The notes beneath the pieces are model-generated. The model searched no databases. It was not told the origin of the DNA and saw nothing but the letters and a program-made list of their open reading frames with translations. The translations under genes were made by a program, and so were the position numbers. From Ancylonema sp. (Eukaryota), in NCBI GenBank assembly GCA_050230475.1, contig JBFLGF010000176.1, positions 49,648 through 69,647 on the forward strand: a stretch of DNA of 20,000 bases, given 5' to 3'. Positions 1-8,783 of the stretch are shown one piece after another (positions within the stretch are counted from its first letter, which is position 1; each line of letters opens with the position of its first letter).

Positions 1-807
1 ACAGCGCGCCAAGCTGCGGGGTAGGGGTGTGGCGGCGATGCAGCTCTCGAATTGGGTGTCGAACAAGAGGATTTCGCGGGGGAGGAGGAGGAAGAGCAAG
101 CCGCGGTCGCGGGGCGCGAACAGGCACTTGACCACACTTCTCTGCTCGGAGCCAGAGCTGCCGCCCTCCCAACCGCCCTTCGCGTCCGGCAACTGGAGGC
201 GGCTCTCCACTTCGGACCCGTCACTCTCCGCCCGGCCGGTGATGTGGAGGGAGAGGAGGAGACACTTGCCGCCCACAATGCACACCTCTCGGGTGTCGTG
301 GGGGTTGGAGGTGATCGAAACGAGGGGCTCACTGCCCGAATTGTATCGCCAGAGCGGCTGAGTCCTGGTGGTGTCCCACAGAACCGCCTCATTGCCGCCG
401 TACAGCGCGGCAAGTAGCCACGGCTGGCGATACACCCAGCACAGTTCATCAATCCTGCCAGCTGGCTTATCTAGAAGCAGCCATGTTACCACCTCTTCCG
501 CAACGACATCCCATATAGCGATACGTCCTAACTTATCGCCGGCGGCTAGCCGCAAGTGGGTAGTGTGGGCGAGATCGCGGATCAGCCCCTCGGGCAGAAA
601 TCGGACGGCCGAGATTGCGCTGTCAGGCCGGTCGCTGTACATGAGCGTATGAACAAGCTGTAAGCTTGCCACATCAACGACAGTCAACGCAGAGCCGCAT
701 CCGTACGCCATGAGGCCCTGAGCACTACAGTCAAGGCCGCAGCACTCCCGGCTTATGGGGCCAGCCAATGCCCCAGCCAACGCACGGCCCTCCTCTGTGG
801 ACGCCAT
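1..807 (-). CDS. WDR11: WD repeat-containing protein 11 homologue, N-terminal 269 codons; 3' end lies outside the window
   Basis: Hand translation from the ATG at 807 is open to position 1: MASTEEGRALAGALAGPISRECCGLDCSAQGLMAYGCGSALTVVDVASLQLVHTL...ISAVRFLPEGLIRDL...LRLAAGDKLGRIAIWDV...IDELCWV...LWRYNSGSEPLVSITSNPHDTREVCIVG...LFLLLPREILLFD. This follows the plant WDR11 N-terminus as I recall it (GPPSR...SGLFAF..GSSV.VVD..SLQLV...RDL...LAVAD.HGR...IQDLCWV...WKYD...DP.D.R.FC). Confidence 0.85.
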   Translation of the reverse strand, partial: MASTEEGRALAGALAGPISRECCGLDCSAQGLMAYGCGSALTVVDVASLQLVHTLMYSDRPDSAISAVRFLPEGLIRDLAHTTHLRLAAGDKLGRIAIWDVVAEEVVTWLLLDKPAGRIDELCWVYRQPWLLAALYGGNEAVLWDTTRTQPLWRYNSGSEPLVSITSNPHDTREVCIVGGKCLLLSLHITGRAESDGSEVESRLQLPDAKGGWEGGSSGSEQRSVVKCLFAPRDRGLLFLLLPREILLFDTQFESCIAATPLPRSLARC

Positions 808-1221
808 CAGAATTCGTCAGAGCTATTCAGTTCTAAACGTTGATGGCTGTTGGGTATTCGCACATTGTCTCTCACGCAAGTAGCCCATGTGTCATGCACA
901 CCGTCTTATTTACAAAGACCTGTCGCGGAAGAGAGGTCAGTCTCATCGCTTTTCAAAAATGGCATCATGAAGCATAGAATGACATTGAAGGTGCCGAGGA
1001 CTGACATCGTGAAGCAAGCGGACCGCTTGACGCCGGATATGCATTTACATTATGCCCGTTGCTGCCTCGTCTCGGCACCTCCAGTCTTCCTTTGAGGTCC
1101 TTCCTCGGTTGGAGCTAGGGAGGCGCTCCCCCGTTTGAAAGGCCCCTACTAACTGCGTACAGACCCCCCGTCATATCGGGAAAACGGCAAAACTCATAAT
1201 GTTGCTGTAGTACAGCGAGAC

Positions 1222-1405
1222 CCAACCGTCAGAATCCCATCGGTTGGCGGTTTGCCAACGGCCAGCCGCCTCCAACCGCCCTCCAACTTCTCCAACCGCC
1301 ATACACCTTTCCAACTGCCGTCCAGCTCCCCCACCGCCGTCCAGCCGCCACCCAACCGCCAATCAAGAGACCGACGGCCGCCAATCCGCCCAACCGCCGA
1401 CGGCT
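1222..1405. repeat. Left subterminal array of CCAACCGCC/GGCGGTTGG motifs
   Basis: Many spaced copies of (C)CAACCG(C)C; these explain the low-complexity overlapping ORFs here. Confidence 0.7.
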
Positions 1406-1865
1406 GGAAGGCGATTGCGGATTGTACGATGAAATGTGTAAAGGCGGAGAGTAATCCTTGCATCGCCGAATTGTCGTTTAGGACACCGTCCCACCCCCCG
1501 ATGCCGTAGGATTCCCGTGTTATCAGAAGATCCGCAATACTCGCTACATAATCTTTACACTTTTTTGAAAAAAAACGGATCGGACGGACATAGTCCTTCC
1601 CATAGGCCGTCCCCCCCTATATTCCGTCGATTCTTGTGGTTAGGGGTGCACAGGTATGCGAGGACGCCGTACATATTTTCGTGCGGGAAATGAATCCCGC
1701 ACGTGTATTTCGCATTGTCCGTACATGCAAATGCCAGGGAGGCCCCGGGTTTTCCCGATTTTCATCGGCCGTTGAGAATCGAGCTCTTAGCCTTGATTCT
1801 GATTGGACCTCAAATTCTTACACGTAGACTATTCACGCCCTACTCAGGAATTTTATCTATCTACG

Positions 1866-2047
1866 CCCAACCGCCATCCAACCGCTCCAACCGCCGTCCC
1901 ACCGCCCAACTGCCCCAGTCGGCAGCTGGCAGTTGGGTTGCGGTTGGCCGGTGTCGGGTGGCGGTATCTCGGTTGGACAGAGGTCCATTGAAATGGCGGT
2001 TGGCCGACCGGCAGATGGGCGGTCGGCGGTCGGCGGTTGGCGATTGG
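1866..2047. repeat. Right subterminal array of CCAACCGCC then CGGTTGG motifs (fold-back)
   Basis: CCAACCG units at 1866-1915 switch to reverse-complement CGGTTGG units at 1920-2047. Confidence 0.7.
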
Positions 2048-2066
2048 GTGCCCACCCTACGCTGTA

Positions 2067-2347
2067 CACACGGGCCATGGCCGTCGAAACCGTGATTTTT
2101 CGTTATGCGCAAATCTCCGTCAAGTACTGGCGTCAGCGACAGCCACGTCGCCCAACGAGAATCGGTCGAATCTAAAGAATAATGCGTACGACAGACCGAC
2201 GGCTCACAGGCCATCGAATCTGTTTGAACCGTATCAACGGTCCCCGTCAGTGGAAAGGGGCGTCGAGATAATTCGTAGGGCGTCGAAGTACGAACAACTC
2301 CCATAACGAATCATGAAACCACGGTTTGGACGGCCATGGCCCCTATG
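2067..2347. mobile_element. MITE of about 280 bp with about 27-bp TIRs, inserted in a palindromic TA site
   Basis: TA|CACACGGGCCATGGCCGTCGAAACCGT ... ACGGTTTGGACGGCCATGGCCCCTATG|TA. Removing it leaves CGCTGTACAGCG, matching the inner edge of the host TIR. The TSD is TA, or alternatively TGTACA. Confidence 0.65.
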
Positions 2348-2719
2348 TACAGCGACATTATGAGTTTTTCCGTTTTCCCGATATTACGCGGGATCTGTAA
2401 TCAGTTAGTAGGGGGGTCTGTACGCATCATGTTCCGTTTGAAATCAATCGGGGGTGGCGGACTCCCCCGTCCCCCGTCCACCTCCCCCGTATACGGGGGA
2501 CCAACTGCGGTTGGGAAAATCTCATCCGCAACGGTTGCATACGGGGGACACAGGGGAAAACGGGGGAAACGGGGGGCTAATCGGGGGACAACGGGGGACA
2601 CGGGGGAGGAAACGGGGGGAAACGGGGGGCAAGGAGGATGAACCGGTTGGCAACTGGGGGAGAAGTGGAATAATAATACATTTGTACAAGAGGTTGATGA
2701 TTCAAAATACACCTAATCA

Positions 2720-2840
2720 TGTGAACTCCCACTCTATAGGGACAGAACTCGCTATAGAGGAACTTGAGCTAGTAGCGCTCTAGCGCTAAGAGTAGGGACC
2801 TCGCTAAGGAGCCCTAGTGACTGTAGCGAGGGTCCTAACA
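2720..2840 (-). repeat. 3' LTR, or its U3 part, of the chromovirus; left boundary uncertain
   Basis: On the minus strand the PPT is followed by TAC and TGTTAGGACC starting at 2840. The nearest plausible CA end is at 2720. No second LTR copy is present to confirm it. Confidence 0.5.
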
Positions 2841-2843
2841 GTA

Positions 2844-2853
2844 CCCCCCCCTC
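2844..2853 (-). other. Polypurine tract of the chromovirus
   Basis: GAGGGGGGGG on the minus strand, overlapping the pol stop and 3 nt before the TG of the LTR. Confidence 0.75.
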
Positions 2854-5116
2854 AAGGCGCGGAACGCGATGAGGGAGGCGGTGCAGGCCGAGGCCGAGCG
2901 GGAAATGTGGCATGGAAATCTGCGACCGCGTCAGCAGCATTTTCCATGTTGTCGGCAGGGTCCCAAGAACGCTCATCGTACCCGACCCAGTCGACGAGGT
3001 AAAATAGCTGGCCTCGCACGAGCTTAGAATCCAGAACTGTGGCCACCTCATGTTGTGGCGCGCCCGTCCACAACGACCGGAGGTGGAGGCGCCACAACAC
3101 GAACCGGGAGTGTTGATATGGTACGGCTCGAGGAGGCTGACGTGGAAGACGGGATGGATTTTCACAGAGGACGGCAACTCCAAACGATACGACGAGGTGC
3201 CGATCTGGCCAAGAACCGGAAAAGGACCCAGACGACGGACATCGAGTTTGGAGGAAGGACGAGTGGATCCGACGTGGTGCCGGGACAGCCATACTTTCTG
3301 ACCAGGCGAAAATATCGGGGCAGATCTCCGCTTCCGATTGGCCGAAGTTTCCATCGCCCGCTGGGATTTGCGAAGCACTGACTGGAGGAAATCTTGGGTG
3401 TCGTGAATCGTTTTGACGTAGTCGTCGGCTGCGGGGTTGGGGGAAATTGGGGGAGGGTGAAAGCAGCCTGCGGGTGAAATCGTGGAAGCCGTAGTTGGCA
3501 AAGAACGGGGATAGGGTGGTGGCGGAGTGCTTGGAGTTGTTGTAAGCGAACTCCGCCAACGGCAGAAGTTTGGACCAATCGGAGTGCTGGTAATCGGTGT
3601 AGATTCGCAGATATTGCTCGAGAACCGAAGTCAGGCGCTCCGTCTGCCCGTCCGTCTGCGGGTGAAAAGCAGTGGAGCGGTTGGCCCGGACGCCGAGCAG
3701 CTCCAACAGCCGGCGCCAAAAGTGGCTTGAAGATGGGGTCGCGGTCGCTGATGAGGCCGCTGGGCAACCCATGCAGGCGCACCACTTGCTCTGCTGCACG
3801 AAAATCGCTGCGACCTCAGGAGCCGCCATGGCCTTGGTGGTAGGGATGAAGTGGGCCTGCTTCGTCAGCCGGTCGACGACCACTAGAATTGCGTCGTGGT
3901 AGTCGCTAGGGGGAAGGTCAGTTATCCAGTCTAGAGAGACACTCGTCCATGGCTGGGTAGGTATTGGTAGGGGGAACAATAGTCCATAGGGCGCATGGCG
4001 CACCGGCTTGTTCCGGGCGCAGATGTCGCACGTGCGCACGTACTCCTCCACTGCCTTCGATAGGCCAGGCCAGTGGAAGTACTGCGCCACCAGCGCGTGC
4101 GTGCGGGCAGTGCCAAAGTGGCCTGCCATAGGTGCGTCGTGGTACTGAGTCAGGATAGAGAGGATAAGGATAAGGGCTTAGGGGGAATAGCGAGGCGGCT
4201 GCGATGGTAGAGAAGGCCGTCTCGTAGGGTGTAGGGGAATTGGGACTCGCCTGCAGTGCGACTCGGGTTGGATTCCCGAGCGGGTCCGGGTTGTAGGGAA
4301 GTAGCGATAGCGTGTGTTGGGTCGGCTAGCTGAGCAGCGCAAATGGCTTCGAGGATAGGGTTGTCGTTAGGTGCGAGTAGGATAGCTACAGCACGCACCG
4401 GGGGAACTGGTAGGAGAGCTGGTGGTGGAAGGACTGGGTGGGGGGATGTGGCTAGCAGCAAATAGTCAGGTCTGCGGGAAAGGGCGTCCGGCTTGCCATT
4501 GCTGGACCCTTTCCTGTAGACTATAGTGAAGTCGTAGGCTGCCAGCGTCTCGGCCCACCGCGAATGCCTGCGGGATGTAGTACCTGCGGGATGTAGTTCG
4601 AGCGGCTTGGAAGTACTCCAGGTTCTTATGGTCGGTGTATACGACGATAGGGTGGGCCGCGCCTTCCAGGTAGACTCGCCACTGGAGAAAGGCAGCCACT
4701 TGTCGTAGATAGGATAGTTGAGTTCGGCGGGGATGAATTTCCGGGAGTAGTATGCTACGGGGTGGAGCTCGCCGCTGGGATCTGGTTGCGACAGGACGCA
4801 GCCGAGGCCGAAGTCTGAGGCGTCTGCTTCGATGGTAAGCGGCTGCAGTGGTGGAAATGTTGCGGGACGGGAGCTGAGGTGAAGGCGAGCTTGAAGGATT
4901 GAAAAGCTGCCTCCGCCTCAGGTGTCCAGCAAAATGTTGCCCCCTTCCGAGTCAATGAGGTGAGGGGGCACGCTACTGTAGAATACCCGTTAATGAAACG
5001 TTTGTAGAAGTTAGCGAAACCGAGAAAGGACTGGACCTCCTTGACTGACTGGGGTTTGGGCCAGTCAAGGAGAGATGCCACTTTCTCGGGATCCATACCC
5101 ACGCCGGCTGGGGAGA
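2852..5116 (-). pseudogene. Ty3/Gypsy chromovirus pol 3' part: RT C-terminus, RNase H, integrase (HHCC, DDE, GPF) and chromodomain; frameshifted
   Basis: SPAGVGMDPEKV...VQSFLGFANFYKRFI; IVVYTDHKNL; AGHFG...CDIC; SLDWITDLP...VVDRLTK...SDRD...DGQTER; RRLGPF...YRLELP..KIHPVFHVSLLEPY; HEVATVLDSK...YLVDWVGY..RSWDP..N. Confidence 0.95.
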
Positions 5117-6686
5117 ACAGCATGGCTGCTAGCAGCCTCGACCGACCCTCCAAACCTGCATACATTCCCCCCCAAGCCAGAGCTGCAGATCAGTTCCCCG
5201 AGCAAGTGCCCTCTCACCTGCAGATCGTCCCTATGGACCTCGATGGAACTCGCCGCCAGATCCTGAATGTATAACCAGCGGAAATGGCTCGCCGTGTGGC
5301 TGGCAACCTGTGCCACAACTCTGGCGTGCCAGGCCATGACAACAGGACTTGTCCCAACAAGGGCAAGGGACCACCGTGCGCTTCCTGGATCTGCAACACT
5401 CAGAGTCAAAAAAGGGACCACCCCACACAGTCCTAGGAGGGGTCTGTGCGGGTCCCCTCCCTACCCTCCCCCTCCCACCCCCGCCAGCTACTGCTGGCCT
5501 GCGTTACTCCGTTACCCCCTTATACCTGTTCGTGTGCTGATCGACTCTGGGGCGTCAGGCAACTTCATAGACCCCCAGCTCCTGAAAGACAACAACCTAC
5601 CCACCAATCCCCATCCCTAGCCTATCCCGGTCGAGCTTATTGATGGCAGCCCCCCAGCTGCTGGCCCCATTACCTGCTACTTCTCAGCACAACTCCGATC
5701 CCCAGGCGACCATACGGAGACCATCACCTTGGACGTCACCCGACTGGCGCACTGCCCAGTCGTCCTAAGTTTCCCTTGGCTGCACAAGCACAACCCCAAC
5801 ATAGACTGGCGGTCAGGCACCCTGTCCCTCACCAGTCCCCACTGTGCTGCTCAGTGCTTGCTGTCCAGCACTTCCCCCCCCCTTCCCCCCCCTTCCCCTT
5901 CCCTATACCCAGCACAAACCTGCAATTTTGAACGCTGTGCACTCCCCTTCCGACCCCGCCCTGTTAGCCCAGCTCCCTCCCGAGTACCACGACTTCGCAG
6001 ACGTGTTCTCCGAGGAGGCTGCAAACACCCTTCCCCCCCACAGGTCCTACCGACTTAGCGATCCCTCTCGGACCAGGCAAGGAACCCCCCTGGGGGCCGA
6101 TTTATACTTTGTCAGAGCCGGAGCTGGCAACTCTCAAAACGTACATAACGGACAACTTGGCAAATGACTTCATCCGGCCATCCACCAGCCCGGGTGGAGC
6201 AACCGATTATGTTCATCAAAAAGGCTGATGGCAAACTAAGGTTGTGCGTGGACTACCGCCAGCTCAATGTGGTCACGGTGAAGAATCGCTGCCCTTTACC
6301 CCTCATACTTGAGCTGTTGGACCGCCTCAACTCCGCCACGATCTTCACCAAGATAGACCTACGCAACGCTTATCACTAGCTGCGCGTCAAAGAGGGGGAT
6401 GAGTACAAGCAAGACTGCATTCCGCTGCCGCTACGGCCACTACGAGTACCTGGTCTGCCCTTTCGGGCCTACCAATGCTCCGGCAGCATTTCAGTCCATC
6501 ATTAACGACGTGTTTCGCGAGCCTCTCGACGTCTTCTTAGCAAATCTCCTCGATGACATGTTCATCTACTCCCCCTCCCCTGCCGAACATGTACCCCACG
6601 TCCGTGCTATCCTGGCAATTGTACGCGAGAACAACCTCTATGCTAAGATCGAGAAGTGTCAGTTCAACACAGACACTATTGACTTT
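5117..6686 (+). pseudogene. Gag C-terminus, protease and RT N-terminal part of the same chromovirus, inverted
   Basis: PMDLD and a decayed knuckle [107 protein letters not shown]; ends at KCQFNTDTIDF. Confidence 0.92.
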
Positions 6687-7271
6687 AATTGAAGTTCATG
6701 TCGTCTATTATTATTGATGACCATTGTTTAAAGTGACGTAGTGCATATGTTTATTATCTTCATGTTTTTTGTATGTCACTACAAGTGATGCAAGTGACGT
6801 ATTAGTAGGGAAGTCCCATTTGACGCATTTGTTGTAAGCCTTGCACGTCACAGGTTGTGAAAATAAGTTATTGTAAGTTATGATTATATGTAATGAGGTA
6901 CATAAACATGTAAGTCAAAACTCACAACCATTACACTAAATATGTGTGAGGCAAGTTACACAATACATATTGCAAGATATGCAAGTGCAATACGATGTTG
7001 CCAATACCACTAAATATGGCGAAAGTTTATGCTTATGAATAATGATACGGTATCATTGATACTGTGATGAAGTACAAAGTGTCTTATGTTGAACTACTTG
7101 CATTTGTTGTGATATTTCACTAACAGCGATGTTCCGATCTCTCGCAAATTATGGCAGACATAACCCGATTGCTCGTGGTACGCCGAATCTATTGTCCGAT
7201 GTCCACTCAAAGTATGCACAATGACGGCACGTCACTTGTCATTGACAATTTTTGTAGAAAATTTTTGGTCA

Positions 7272-7485
7272 CAGGCCTGCCAATTCCCAACCCCCACCTG
7301 AAGTAGAACAATTTAGGCCCTAACTTGATGGTTGGGGGTGGGAAATGCCCCTAAACTGCACCTAATTTATAATTTAAATTTAGGGGTTTTTAGGGGTGCT
7401 TTCTGGGCGTACCCTTGTTATGTTTTTGTAATCACGGTCTAAATACCCCTAATTACAACTAGGGTTTTTGGACATGCCATCCCTG
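7272..7485. mobile_element. Possible small hAT-like MITE
   Basis: Ends CAGGCCTGCCA ... TGCCATCCCTG (reverse complement CAGGGATGGCA, Ac-like) with internal CCCCTAA/TTAGGGG units. No matching 8-bp TSD. Confidence 0.35.
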
Positions 7486-7898
7486 GTCTGCAGAGTGACG
7501 GATTGTTGCTCGGGTGTTTTATGATGGGGTATGATCTCCCTTGTTATGTTCGTGTAGAATGTCCGATTATTGTCGTTTATTTATACTAATGGGGATCCCA
7601 TCGTGCTTGATAATATGCATCTCCCTTTTAGTGCGATCTTTTTTATTCAAAATCCCATGCTTATTCGAATGGCTACAAGCTAATGCGACTGGCTAGCTAA
7701 CTCAAGTTGATATACCGTTCAAACATGTTTTACGGTTCACGATTGGTCACTAAGCGATGCGTGGTGATTACCCAACTCACAAAGGACCTTATTTTCAGAA
7801 GTTCGTGACGATTCACATAAGTTTTGTGTTTGTCTTCTCTTTTTGTTGTTTGTTGTTTTTGTCATTCCGATCTTTACATCGCTACTACCTCGCGATGT

Positions 7899-8627
7899 TG
7901 TCATACTTGTTCGAGTAGCACGTGCGGCACGTGTGTGCCGTACGGTCCGGGCCGGGTATTGACCCGGGTACGGTTGACGCCGCTAGCATGCGGTCTGCGG
8001 TAGGGCAGTAGGCGGCTGGGGGCTGGGTGATTTATTTGTTCGCGATAGAGCGGCAGCGGGCGGGAGCCTGCAGGGGCCCGTCGGAATATTAATTGTTCGA
8101 TAGAGCGATCGATATTCAATTGGTGTAGCGAGGGATAGTTACTAGCCGTTTGACTTTTGGTTGCGGTTCGATATAGCGGGTGTCAGGCCACGGGACGTTC
8201 CAGCGAAACGTGGTCGGGTCCGGCCCCCGGGTTGTGGGGTCATATAGTGCCATGCTGGCATGAATGTGATTGGTCGATTGTGATCGTTAGCGATTTCGAC
8301 TTTGGGTAGGATATGCTTGGACTGGATGCATCCGATCGGACGCATGTGTACGGCGTAGAATATATTCTAGCGTACGGAAAGTACAAGTGAGCCGGAAGTG
8401 TCTTGTTGGACTTCCGGACTATGTATTCTGATGCATGGGCACTCTGGCTGCATTACGCCAGAGTGCATACCAACTAAGCTTTGGCAAGAGCGGTAACGTG
8501 TCGTTTTGTGATTACGTTGAGCTTTGACTATGGCGATGTTAAAGGCTGATATCGTTGAGCGGATGCTGAATATCGTAGCGGTGATCATTTGCTGCGTACG
8601 ATAGTGCGTTCGACGCGTCGAGAGACA
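7899..8627 (+). repeat. Candidate 5' LTR of the DNMT-carrying retrotransposon
   Basis: Composition shift at about 7900, TGTC...GACA termini, 156 bp upstream of the gag ATG. No second copy or canonical PBS in the window. Confidence 0.3.
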
Positions 8628-8783
8628 GCGTTATATATCTTGCCCGGTACGTTCACTCTGGCGTAATGCTACGCCTACGCTTGTAAAATTCTTAAAACCT
8701 GATACTACTGAGATTTTCAGTGCGTAGCTAAGTTCGAACAACCCAAGGTGGTAGTCTTAGGTTCATTCTGAGTCGGGCAGTTC

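Larger units (their letters stand above)
1141..2433. mobile_element. Non-autonomous TIR DNA transposon, Mutator/MULE-like (10-bp TSD, about 67-bp imperfect TIRs)
   Basis: Exact direct repeat CCGTTTGAAA at 1131-1140 and 2434-2443. 1143-1209 (CCCCTACTAACTG...ATATCGGGAAAACGGCAAAACTCATAATGTTGCTGTA) is the near reverse complement of 2348-2414. No transposase ORF. Confidence 0.75.
1116..2665. mobile_element. Remnant end of an older DNA transposon (hAT-like TAGGG start, TCCCCCGT/ACGGGGGA subterminal repeats), interrupted by the 1141-2433 element
   Basis: TAGGGAGGCG at 1116. The motif CTCCCCCGT at 1126-1134 recurs after the insertion (2462-2470, 2482-2490), followed by many ACGGGGGA-like units to about 2630. 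The other terminus was not found. Confidence 0.35.

Noticed and set aside
29..652. Plus-strand ORFs of 94-121 aa
   Set aside because: They are antisense shadows of the WDR11 reading frame.
1171..2783. Many short overlapping Pro/Arg/Gly-rich ORFs
   Set aside because: They are by-products of GC-rich subterminal repeats and have no recognisable domain.
6690..7260. AT-rich non-coding stretch
   Set aside because: I found no ORF, terminal repeat or TSD that I could support.
7315..7470. Telomere-like CCCTAA/TTTAGGG motifs
   Set aside because: They are scattered rather than tandem and fit MITE subterminal repeats better.
8749..8762. TGGTAGTCTTAGG as the PBS of the DNMT element
   Set aside because: It is not directly preceded by a CA LTR end, and I cannot match it to a tRNA without a search.
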